DNA of 64,000 nt from Candidatus Poribacteria bacterium (GTDB taxonomy: Bacteria > Poribacteria > WGA-4E > PCPOR2b): NCBI GenBank assembly GCA_965215015.1, contig OZ244042.1:2880001-2944000 (forward strand), read 5' to 3'. The notes beneath the pieces were generated by a model. The model was not told where the DNA came from, made no database searches, and saw nothing but the letters and a program-made list of their open reading frames with translations. The position numbers and the translations under genes were made by a program. This document shows, in pieces, positions 1 through 9,434 of the stretch (positions within the stretch are counted from its first letter, which is position 1; each line of letters opens with the position of its first letter).

Positions 1-3000
1 TTCAATCGTGACGCTGCCTTCGGTAATGGCTATGACAGAGGTTGTGACCGTCACCGGATGGCTTGCCATCGTCAGTCCCGGTGCAGTCGCGGTAATCGTT
101 GCCATCCCGGGAGTCGAATCTTGATAGTAGACCATCGCTGAGACGTCGCCGCCTGCAACGGTCACGGTGATGCTTTCGGTTCCCGTCCCTTCAGCGAGCT
201 CAGAGAAGGTGCCTGCGGAGCTGGAGGTCAGGGTGACCGCCACATCGGACGCCATCGCTACCTCATGCCCCTCGGCATCTCTCAATCCAACGGTGATACC
301 TAACGGCATCGCCCCGTCGTCGGCAGAAACCGTGCCGGCACTGCTGAGTGTCAGTTGGCTCGGTGTCGAGGCTTGGACGCGGACCGACACGTTGGAATCT
401 ACCGGTCGCCCATCAAAAAGCATGACGAAGTTAGAGACCTCACGGTTGGCTGGGGCGTCGGCATTGTGGTAGGTGAAGCTGATTTCATCCCCCGCTTCGA
501 CCTCAAGCCCCCCTAATTTCACCCGCGCCACCATGTCTCGACCGACTGGTGCCAGTTTCTCGACACTCACCGTCGTCGTAACCCCCATATGCCGGTGTGC
601 AACGGTGTAGGTTCCCTTATTTTCAGGGTCCATCGCCGCACTGCTCGGCGCAGTCCACCCGGGGGGCACCTGCACCCGGAACTCCCGCGGCGCGTTGACG
701 AGGCCGACAGCAGTGTAGGTAAAGGTCAGGTTCACCCCTGTCGCACCGGCGTCTACAATCCTCGGTGCAACCTCACCGGAACCGGCACCCTGTCTCGCCT
801 CGTCGACGTCGACGGTCAGCATGGTCTCATCGCCGGAGACATCGTCAAAATCATCGGCTGCATCGCCCCCGTGGACTCCAACCGCAAAGGCGACACCGGT
901 GCCCACGTTGGGCTGCACATCACCTGTATAGACAAAGGTCACCGTCCCGTTGGCACTCAAGTTGACCCCTTCGACGATAGCCATTTGACCACTAAAGGTG
1001 GGGGCGATTGCGGGTGTAATCGTCACCGTATCCGCCGTCGGTGCAGACCAACCGGCGGGGACCGCGAGCCGCACCTTGCCACCGACCATTTGACCGGCTG
1101 CCGTGTAGGTCACGGTCAGCTCCCTGCCGGTATCACCGGTATGAAGCGTACCCTCCCCATCGGTCACAGCAATGACCGCTTTGCCTTTACCACTGGCTTG
1201 CGGGTTGACTGTGACGGTCGGCTGCGTTCTAATCGGTGCCAGGTTACCGCTTTCACCGCCCCGAACCGCAAACCGAAACGCATCAACCCCGGTCGTGGCA
1301 GACGCTACCGCGCGCCCGGCATCGGTCGCACCGTAGGTAATCGTTATCTCATTGGCTTTGTCAAGCGAAAAGATAGGCACGGTGACAGAGAATCTATCAT
1401 CGTCCGTGACGCTGCCAAGCCCCACGCCATCCACCTCAGTATACCCCGGCAGACTGACCTCTTCGACCTGCGGTTGACTCCAGCTCGACGGGACGGTGAA
1501 TTTCAGCTCCCCATCTTCAATTGTCTGACTCGGTTTGTAGGTAAACACCAATACCACATCGTCGGACGCCGCACGGACGGAGGAGGTATCCAATGTAACC
1601 GTTCCCGTCCCGTCCAATGCGCTCGTCACTTTGACTTGTAAGATACCGGCGGCATCTTTATAAAGAAACTGGGTCTTGTCCGGGTTTCTTATCTTCTCCC
1701 GGCCGGTGTGTTCCAAGGTGCTGGTAATAGCCTCGAAAACGCCGTCGCCGTCCCCGTCGGATCTAATCACGAACTGGGCGGTGCCAACATTGTCCTGGAC
1801 CTCCGCACCGACGTCAGAACCGGTGCCACCCCCATAGATAAATCGGAAACTCCCCCCTTCGGCAAGCGTATCGATGGTCGCTATCGCATAGCGGTCGGCT
1901 ATCTCCACGGCGGAGACTCCCGCACCGCGCGTCGTCACATAATTCCGCTTGGTCGGATCCTCCTGCAGCGACCCCCAACCGTCTGGAATTTCAAGGCTCA
2001 CGGCACCGCCGTCCATCGTGCCGGCTGCGGTGAACTCCACCTCAATCGCCCGATTGCTACTACCCGCCTCAATCGACCCCGGCGACAACCGTGCTGTCCC
2101 CGTACCGTCTTCGACGTTGCTCAGCGTGACGGTGGCGGTTCCAGCGGTCCGGGTGCTGGCACCCGATGACGTTCTAAAGGTGCCGGACACTTGGACTGCA
2201 CCGGCGGCATGATGTAAGACTGCTTTACTATCATCGGCAGCACCATACGTAATCGTGACGGATTCATCGACATCGAGCCGACCGATTGCAACGGTGATGG
2301 TGCGACCGGAGATGGTTATCTGGTCCGCACCAATACCCCCGGCACCCCCGCTCTTTAGGGCCTCGCCGGAGACGGACACCTCACCGGCAGTCGCGTCTGC
2401 CGTGGTTGGTTTACTGCCCAAAGTGGGCGGGATGGTCAACCGCACCTCACCGTCCCGTATGGGGGTCGAATCCGCTATAAACTTAAACTTGATAGTCGCT
2501 TTACTTCCGGCACGGAAAGTGTTCTCGCCATCAACTTCAAATCGAACCGCATCGCCTGAGGTCTTCACAACCGAGAGGATGGGGCGATCATCAATGTCGG
2601 TCCCCTGGCCCGCCTGAAGTGGTTCATCATCAACGTTCACCTTCCAGAGATACTCGTCGGCTTCTGCGAGGATATTGACCCTGCGGATTCTGGCGGTCAC
2701 GGTTTTCCCTTTTTCAAGGTCGAGCCCGGACCACTCAATCTTGTTTCCATCAGCGTTTACCACTAACCCTTCAGAACCCGAAACATACCCATAGTCCGTC
2801 GAGGTGTCGGTTTGGAGTTTCTGATCATCATCGAGAACAATACCATCCGGCTCAATCGTTAGCGTGGCATTCTCAAGATCGGTATAGGCTTCATACGTCA
2901 GGGTGATATCTCTCCGTTGAGAACCCGCCTCCACAGACGCTGGTACCAAGTCCAACTTACCAGAACCCGCCACATCAACCCACTCCCCACCAATGATTTC

Positions 3001-5163
3001 TTCTACATGAGCTCCTAGCCTTGTTCTGCGCGCTATAGAGAACCAGGCAGCACCGGTAACAACGGTCCTCGCGGTGATACTCGGGGCGATAAAATCATCA
3101 CCGGCACCCGTCCCGGGACCAATCCCCTCCTCACGAGTATACGAAACAATAATTTGCTGACCCTTATCAAGCGTAATGGAGTTAATTTTTAGCTTCGCGG
3201 GATCCGTGGCCGTACCGAGCGTAACAGACAAATCATCTTGAGTTGGATCGTCTGCCCCGCCCCTGCCTCTCACAGTAAAATCAGTCTTATCAAACGTGTC
3301 CATAGGCCCTAAATGTGCCATATCTACGCCTTCGGGGCCAAATAATAACTCTAGGTCACTATCGTGCATCGGCCCAGGAGCTGTGAAGGTGAGAGTGAAT
3401 TCGGTATTTGTCTCACCCGAAAATACCCGCCCCGGTTCAATTGTCAGCTTTCTTTTGAGGGAGTCACGGGCACCCCCTCCTATAATATTACCAACTCTGA
3501 CCTTGGGCCGACTGAACAGACCAAGCACATCATTCCGGGTACTCTCACTACATAGGAATTCATAGGTCTCATAAGCAGTACCCCGGTTGTCTGTAGCAGG
3601 TAGACGAGAAGGAACCGGAGTCGTTACATCACCCAATTGGATGATGAGGTATCTATCAACCCGCTGGGGCCCCCACGCCGAATCGAGGGCGACGGTTATC
3701 CGCTTGTCCGCTTCAAAGTCCACCCTACTCGTATCAGTACCTGAGACGGTGCCATCCTTATCCGTTTTGTATATTTCTGTGTCACCATCCATGACCGATA
3801 GAAACTTGTTAGACACCTCCCAACCGGATGGAAACGCTATCCGAAAGCGGCCACCAGACAGGTTCTCAGCCGTTGGTCTGTAGGTAAATTCCAGAACGTT
3901 CCGAAGACTGCCAGCAGCAAGCGGATACGTGCTGGCCGCCTCATCCGCATCAGTGGCAACAGTAATATACGGAGGCTCATCGGCAGCCGCTGCTCGGAAA
4001 TCCCAACCTACTTGTACTTGTACACTTGGAGCCCGGACTGTTACATAAAAGTTGGCATCACTGGGGGTGCCTGTTTGTCTCCTGTTTTCAATATATTGGG
4101 TAGTACTAACACCAGCGGGCCTCCCTGCAGCTCCATGAGGGCCATATACGGGCGCACGGTTCTCGGGACTATATATCTCGTTGCGTGAGTTGGCCGCAAG
4201 TGCCGCAAAGTCTGCTGGTGTTCTTACAATAAAATGATGGAAGCGGGACGGGAGATTTTGTATATCTAGGGACGTCGTGTCCAGCTCCCTCCAGCCGTCG
4301 TCTTCGGTCTCGACCTCGTAGCTGAATGTATAGGTCGCATCATCGGTATTGACAGGGAAACGGACCTTATAGGTGAGTAGGTAGTGAACTCTTACTACCG
4401 GAGCATCCATTTTATGGTCATTATTTCTTTGATCCGCAGCTTCACCCAAAGCTTCCAAATCGTCAACTGATTGTCTGATTGTTATCCTATTGTCTATAAC
4501 GAATATACCCTTCTGATTCTGATCGCTTAGGGCAAGCGGATCCTCACTATAATCCATCTCATATGCATAGGGGTTCTCCGCGAACCAGCCCGTATGATAG
4601 CCTCGTGAAATCGCGATTTCATTGCCGTAAATCACCCCATCACCTTCATCACCCGGTGGAGTGCCGCGCGACCTCCATAAACGACCAGGCCGTACATTGG
4701 TGTGATCCCTGGCTAGGGTGTATCTAGGTAGATAGTCAACCGCGCCCGGGAACCAACCATCGACTACATTTGGTGGAGGAGTTGATGAACTAAGTTCATC
4801 GTTGCTATAACTTGTGTGGAAAGCACGCACCCGGACGGACAGGGTGCCTTTCGGGTCCACCAACTCAACCTCGGGTGGGATGTCCAACCGAAACCCTTTC
4901 TTACCGTCGTCGTTGTGCGTTGTATAAAGAGCTCTCATCCAGTAAGTGGAGCCAGGCTCAATAGCGTCTAGTGGAATTATCGTACCTGATAGTGGAGCCT
5001 CCTCATCGGCCCCGCGGATCGGGTGAAATTGGAAACTTATCAGGTCCGAAAATATCAAACCTTGCGGCGCGGCCTCGTTAATAAACAACCCCACAAACAA
5101 CACCAAACCGATAACAAAAAATACGCTTAATTTCCGAAAATTTACATTTCTTGGTTTAATCAC
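1..5163 (-). CDS. Giant secreted/surface protein with repeated Ig-like beta-sandwich domains, >1720 aa, runs off the window edge
   Basis: GTG at 5163 after SD AAAGGA; N-terminus MIKPRNVNFRKLSVFFVIGLVLFVGLFINEAAPQ is a signal peptide. Frame checked at 751-822 and 1-42. The track lists no stop-terminated minus ORF here, consistent with one open frame. Recurring G(S/T)G-x4-P-x2-V-x-AG...T(F/Y)T...GG-x-V...P-x-GW modules. Confidence 0.85.
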   Translation of the reverse strand, partial: MIKPRNVNFRKLSVFFVIGLVLFVGLFINEAAPQGLIFSDLISFQFHPIRGADEEAPLSGTIIPLDAIEPGSTYWMRALYTTHNDDGKKGFRLDIPPEVELVDPKGTLSVRVRAFHTSYSNDELSSSTPPPNVVDGWFPGAVDYLPRYTLARDHTNVRPGRLWRSRGTPPGDEGDGVIYGNEIAISRGYHTGWFAENPYAYEMDYSEDPLALSDQNQKGIFVIDNRITIRQSVDDLEALGEAADQRNNDHKMDAPVVRVHYLLTYKVRFPVNTDDATYTFSYEVETEDDGWRELDTTSLDIQNLPSRFHHFIVRTPADFAALAANSRNEIYSPENRAPVYGPHGAAGRPAGVSTTQYIENRRQTGTPSDANFYVTVRAPSVQVQVGWDFRAAAADEPPYITVATDADEAASTYPLAAGSLRNVLEFTYRPTAENLSGGRFRIAFPSGWEVSNKFLSVMDGDTEIYKTDKDGTVSGTDTSRVDFEADKRITVALDSAWGPQRVDRYLIIQLGDVTTPVPSRLPATDNRGTAYETYEFLCSESTRNDVLGLFSRPKVRVGNIIGGGARDSLKRKLTIEPGRVFSGETNTEFTLTFTAPGPMHDSDLELLFGPEGVDMAHLGPMDTFDKTDFTVRGRGGADDPTQDDLSVTLGTATDPAKLKINSITLDKGQQIIVSYTREEGIGPGTGAGDDFIAPSITARTVVTGAAWFSIARRTRLGAHVEEIIGGEWVDVAGSGKLDLVPASVEAGSQRRDITLTYEAYTDLENATLTIEPDGIVLDDDQKLQTDTSTDYGYVSGSEGLVVNADGNKIEWSGLDLEKGKTVTARIRRVNILAEADEYLWKVNVDDEPLQAGQGTDIDDRPILSVVKTSGDAVRFEVDGENTFRAGSKATIKFKFIADSTPIRDGEVRLTIPPTLGSKPTTADATAGEVSVSGEALKSGGAGGIGADQITISGRTITVAIGRLDVDESVTITYGAADDSKAVLHHAAGAVQVSGTFRTSSGASTRTAGTATVTLSNVEDGTGTARLSPGSIEAGSSNRAIEVEFTAAGTMDGGAVSLEIPDGWGSLQEDPTKRNYVTTRGAGVSAVEIADRYAIATIDTLAEGGSFRFIYGGGTGSDVGAEVQDNVGTAQFVIRSDGDGDGVFEAITSTLEHTGREKIRNPDKTQFLYKDAAGILQVKVTSALDGTGTVTLDTSSVRAASDDVVLVFTYKPSQTIEDGELKFTVPSSWSQPQVEEVSLPGYTEVDGVGLGSVTDDDRFSVTVPIFSLDKANEITITYGATDAGRAVASATTGVDAFRFAVRGGESGNLAPIRTQPTVTVNPQASGKGKAVIAVTDGEGTLHTGDTGRELTVTYTAAGQMVGGKVRLAVPAGWSAPTADTVTITPAIAPTFSGQMAIVEGVNLSANGTVTFVYTGDVQPNVGTGVAFAVGVHGGDAADDFDDVSGDETMLTVDVDEARQGAGSGEVAPRIVDAGATGVNLTFTYTAVGLVNAPREFRVQVPPGWTAPSSAAMDPENKGTYTVAHRHMGVTTTVSVEKLAPVGRDMVARVKLGGLEVEAGDEISFTYHNADAPANREVSNFVMLFDGRPVDSNVSVRVQASTPSQLTLSSAGTVSADDGAMPLGITVGLRDAEGHEVAMASDVAVTLTSSSAGTFSELAEGTGTESITVTVAGGDVSAMVYYQDSTPGMATITATAPGLTMASHPVTVTTSVIAITEGSVTIE

Positions 5164-5664
5164 AATAAAATCCTTTCGTGAAAAAATTTAATTTCAGATT
5201 AACTCAATAACAATAGTACCCTTTTCACGTCTTACAACCCCTACTGCAAAAGATAACGTTCTGCCTATTGGTCCTCTTGTCATTCATTAGGTCAATTATG
5301 CACCAAAACGTTGTTGAAGACAGAAAAGACTAATGGTGAAATAAAGGGTTTTGAATACCCAGTCCTGTATTATAATAGTATCGATAGAAAGGTTTGTCGA
5401 TCGCAATCGCTCATTTTTTTTAGAGAATCTGTGGATAGAACCCCGTCTTTTAAGACGGGTATACAGATTGGCAAAGGGTATTCAGTCAAACAACGGTTGA
5501 AATTGTCAGATTGTTAGGCTCTTGAATCCATCAGGCTATCAAGTCCCTAACAATCGCAAAATGGGGTATACTTGTTTTGTCTTTAGCCGGCGATCATCGC
5601 TTATTTCCGTGAGCAAGAGGGGCAGCAGGAGAATGGGGAGAGGGTCAGTGAAAAGCAATCAGGA

Positions 5665-6033
5665 TTGCCTGTTAGCGCATCTGGTAGCGTTCCGCTAACA
5701 GAGAGGCTAACAAGCGAGGATGAGGTGCCAGTAGCCGTTGACTGCGAGTCGATGGTTGTTAGTAGCGGACAAAAAATGTCTGAATCAGGATTAAATGTTA
5801 GGCTATCCCCGGCAGCACTCAGCCTGCTCAAACGGTTGATCCGTGAAAGGGATTTGGTGTATCGGGGGATGGGCTTAGGTGGCTTTGACTTGAAGATTGA
5901 CGGCGTAGGGGCGGAGGTACTGGCCTCCTATATAGACCATCTGACACGGTGCCGTCCTGAGATGTTAGCAAAAGCTGTAGCGATACGGGACGCTAAAAAA
6001 AATCTGAATCATAATCAGGATTCTCAGGATTAG
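5665..6033 (+). pseudogene. Degenerate hypothetical ORF invaded by palindromic repeats
   Basis: Frame is open from 5587 without a good start; contains nested GTTAGCG..CGCTAAC palindromes and ends within a TCTGAATCAGGATT repeat. Confidence 0.3.
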
Positions 6034-6280
6034 AGGATTTTCAGGAGCTTGTTAGCGGAACGCTAACAGGCGAAGCTTGTCTGAATCAAGATTCTCAAGA
6101 TTAAAGGATTTTCAGGATAAGGATTTACTGGGATAACAATCTTCCTGATTCAGACATTCACGCCCGTTAGAAGTTGGTAAGGCCTCTAATAACCGAATGA
6201 GGCATACCCCCCCCTCCTGAAAATCCTTTAATCCTGACGCTTGTTAGCGTTCCGCTAACAAGCCATCCTGATTCAGACAT
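5669..6280. repeat. Cluster of two interspersed repeat families: ~21-23 bp palindrome TGTTAGCG(GAA/TTC)CGCTAACA and a TGTCTGAATCAGGATT...AGGATTTTCAGGA element
   Basis: Palindromes at ~5681-5701, ~6048-6070, ~6240-6262, variant at ~7734-7754. AGGATT-periodic element forward at ~5777, ~6003, ~6078 and inverted at ~6143 and ~6216-6279. Confidence 0.8.
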
Positions 6281-6332
6281 TTTTGTATGCTACTAATAAC
6301 CGTTATCTAGGAGTGAACGGTGAACCGCCTGT

Positions 6333-7596
6333 ATTGTGGGAACACTGGCATTGCTAAACGGGCTGCACTTTATTTTTCCTGTTATCCCCGAACTTCGGAC
6401 ACGGATCCGGAGTTTCCAGCTGTTTACCGAATAATCCCTGGAATGCCATGGGGCGAATTCCCCTCTCGTTCTACCCATTTGCCATCGGACTCGGATTTTT
6501 TATTCCGCTTGATCTATCGTTTTCGTGTTGGTTTTTCTTTTGGTTTTGGCGGTTGATGCGCGTTGCTGGGACGGTAATGGGCTTACGAAGTCTGCCGCAC
6601 TTTCCTTACATGAGAGAACAGGCATCGGGGGGCTATATCGCGCTTGCTGTCGTTGCGCTCTGGGCAAGCCGCAGGCACTTGACAGCGGCCATTAGAAAGG
6701 CGTTCGGTGGAGCAGGGGGGCTGGATGATTCAAACGAACCGATGGGCTATCGTGCGGCGGTGTTGGGACTAATCGGGGTGATGGTGTTCCTTGTCTGTTT
6801 CTGCTATCGCGGTGGAGCAACGGTAGCCATCACGATCAGTTTCTTCTGCTTCTATTACGCTATCTCCATCGCCATTACCCGTATGCGAGCGGAGTTAGGG
6901 ACACCTGTCCATGACCTGCACTATTCTGGTCCCGACGAAATCCTCACACGAACAATCGGCACGCGAACGCTGGGGCGCGGGAATCTGGTAATGTTTTCAA
7001 TGTTTTGGTTCATCAATCGAGCCTATCGCAGCCATCCGATGCCGCATCAACTGGAAGGGTTCAAAATGGCGGAGCGAACACGCATGAATCTGCGGCACCT
7101 CGCACTTGCACTGATGCTTGCCGCATTGCTCGGCTCACTCTCCGGCTTTTGGGCACTGATTGATCGTGGCTATCGCCTGGGAATGGAAACGCGTGCCTTT
7201 TGGCCCTCGTTGAGTGCCTTCGGCATCGAACCGTATCGACGGCTTGACCGTTGGCTGAGTACACCGACAGATACATTGATTGCTGAGAGTGGCTTCATGG
7301 TCTGCGATTTTATTATCGCCAGTTTCCTGATGCTCTTCCGCATGCGGTTTGTGGGGTGGCCCCTCCATCCCGCCGGTTTTGCTATCTCGACGAGCTGGGG
7401 GATGAATGTGACATGGAGTTGTCTTTTTATCAGTTGGCTCATCAAGTGGCTGCTATTGCGGCATGGTGGAATTGGGCTGCATCGTCGCGTTGCTCCCTTC
7501 TTCTTGGGGCTTATTCTCGGTGAGTTCACTGTTGATAGTCTCTGGACAATCTTCGGTATTCTAGGGAAGATGTCGACCTACGGTTTTTGGGTATGA
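6333..7596 (+). pseudogene. 5'-truncated, frameshifted polytopic membrane protein (DUF6785/DUF6784-like)
   Basis: Frame 6333-6431 reads IVGTLALLNGLHFIFPVIPELRTRIRSFQLFTE*, then a +1 shift into PWNAMGRIPLSFYPF. Motifs RMRAELG.PVHDLH, MPHQLEGFK and WPLHPAGF; N-terminal part absent. Confidence 0.7.
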
Positions 7597-7768
7597 GGCA
7601 TAGGAACAGGTCTGAACCGCCGATTGATACAGCGTATTGGATTTTGTTAATTTTAGCAGTAGTCTCCTTTAGGGTTAACCCCCAAAGGTTTACCTTTGGG
7701 GGTAACACACTCGCTTTAGCAGATTTTTACCGTCTGTTAGTGTACTGCTAACAGACAGGATAGAGCCG

Positions 7769-7826
7769 TTCCACTCCTAAAGGAACAAGTAAGAATCCCA
7801 AGCCTTTAGGGGTGGGAGTAGGTCAA
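7769..7826 (+). mobile_element. IS200/IS605-family right-end (omegaRNA 3'-end-like) remnant
   Basis: AGAATCCCAAGCCTTTAGGGGTGGGAGTAGGTCAA: subterminal hairpin ending in TCAA, typical of IS605/TnpB right ends; no tnpA/tnpB adjacent. Confidence 0.6.
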
Positions 7827-7905
7827 TGATAACCTACACCGCTATGTCAAAGGAGAACCGCTGATCAACGTAGCGTACAAGGAAAAGGGGTATTAAACAA
7901 TTCAT

Positions 7906-8652
7906 TTACCGCGTAGAGATTGTGCCCCGAACATACGAAGCAGCGTCGGACGCGAGGAATGTCAGCACACGGGCAACTCCCTCCGGTTCACCTAAAGATG
8001 TGCGGGCATTTTCAACTGCTGCTTCGGGGGAGCTGCCTGTTCGTTCAGCGGATTCGGCGATTTGTCGGAGTTTCAGGGGGGTTGCAATACTACCGGGACA
8101 GATTGTGTGAACGCGGATATTAAGTGGCGCCAGCTGTGGTGTGATAGTTAATACCATCCCATTGACACCGCCCTTGCTTGAACCGTAAGCCACCGATGAG
8201 CTGCCGCCGTGCACACCGGCACCGGAAGCGATGCACAATATCACGCCACCACCGCTTCGTTCCATAATTGGCACAGCGTGCTTAACCGATAGAAAAGTAC
8301 CTCTGAGATTTGTATTAATAACCGACTCAAACACCGCTTGCTCAAATTCATCTACCCGGATGCTTGGACCGCTCAAGATGCCCGCGGAGGTTACCAGCAC
8401 GTTGAGCTGACCAAAAGCTTCGTCCGCTATTTTCATTAGATTGGCGACTTCGGATTCTACGTTGACATCGGTGCGGACAAATTGGGCGATGCCACCTTCA
8501 GATTGAATAGTTGCTACCGTTTGTTCACCGCCTTCGACGTTTATATCGCCAACGACGACCTTCGCACCCGCTCGGGCATAGAGAATTGCTGATGCTGCGC
8601 CGATTCCCGTTGCTCCCCCGGCAATCACAGCGGCTTTGTTTGTTAACTCCAT
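7906..8652 (-). CDS. Short-chain dehydrogenase/reductase
   Basis: GGATGIG Rossmann motif, YGSSK catalytic motif. Confidence 0.9.
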   Translation of the reverse strand: MELTNKAAVIAGGATGIGAASAILYARAGAKVVVGDINVEGGEQTVATIQSEGGIAQFVRTDVNVESEVANLMKIADEAFGQLNVLVTSAGILSGPSIRVDEFEQAVFESVINTNLRGTFLSVKHAVPIMERSGGGVILCIASGAGVHGGSSSVAYGSSKGGVNGMVLTITPQLAPLNIRVHTICPGSIATPLKLRQIAESAERTGSSPEAAVENARTSLGEPEGVARVLTFLASDAASYVRGTISTR

Positions 8653-8696
8653 ATCTTTCTCCTAATTAGTAAGATTTGAGAAATAGTGCGTTTGGA

Positions 8697-8780
8697 ATTG
8701 TAGCACGGTGGGTATCTGTTGTCAATTTGTAAGTTAAGCTCGGAGATTTCCTTGTCCGGCGGCTTAACACATGATAAAAT
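8697..8780. promoter_or_regulatory. Divergent sigma70-type promoters
   Basis: Minus: TTGACA-17-TACAAT (8725-8697). Plus: TTGTCC-17-TAAAAT with extended TG (8752-8780). Confidence 0.6.
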
Positions 8781-8853
8781 GGTATCTATCAATACAATTT
8801 TTTAGAAGGCTTATAACCTTTCATGTCCCGTATTAATCGGATCTGGAGGAAAA

Positions 8854-9378
8854 ATGCAGATAGCTTATAAAGATATATTACCGAAGATTCACTCCTCTGC
8901 GTTCATTGCCCCCGGTGCAATGATTATCGGTGCCGTTACCATTGGTGAAGAAGCGAGTGTCTGGTTTAACTGTGTTTTGCGAGGTGATTTGGAATACATC
9001 GAGGTCGGTGAGCGCACGAACATTCAAGATGGTACGGTTGTGCATCTTGATCCGGGCTTTCCCTGTGTGATCGGAGCCGATGTCACAATCGGTCATGGGG
9101 CAATCGTTCATGGCTGCACAGTTGGCGATGGTGCAATGATTTCAATGGGAGCAACAATCCTGACGGGTGCCAAGATTGGTGATCGGGCAATCATCGCCGC
9201 GGGTGCAGTTGTACGAGAAGGCCAGGAAATTCCACCGGACGCATTGGCAATGGGAATTCCAGCACAAGTTAGGCGAGAGGTTACTGAGGCAGATTTGGAG
9301 CGTGTACGGCTTGGACGGGAGGGGTACGTTGCGCGGGGACAGTTGATGCGGCAGTCGTTGAGCGAGCGTACCAATTAG
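8854..9378 (+). CDS. Gamma-carbonic-anhydrase family hexapeptide-repeat protein (YrdA/PaaY-like)
   Basis: LRGD, NIQDG.VVH, IGH.AIVHGC motifs; SD GGAGG. Confidence 0.9.
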   Translation: MQIAYKDILPKIHSSAFIAPGAMIIGAVTIGEEASVWFNCVLRGDLEYIEVGERTNIQDGTVVHLDPGFPCVIGADVTIGHGAIVHGCTVGDGAMISMGATILTGAKIGDRAIIAAGAVVREGQEIPPDALAMGIPAQVRREVTEADLERVRLGREGYVARGQLMRQSLSERTN

Positions 9379-9434
9379 TAACAAATCAGATGTGCTGACG
9401 CAGCTGGGGCAAGGGAACGGGTCTCGTACTGCAC

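Noticed and set aside
167-3883. Plus-strand ORFs of 60-350 aa listed in the track
   Set aside because: Antisense shadows of the giant minus-strand gene; no motifs.
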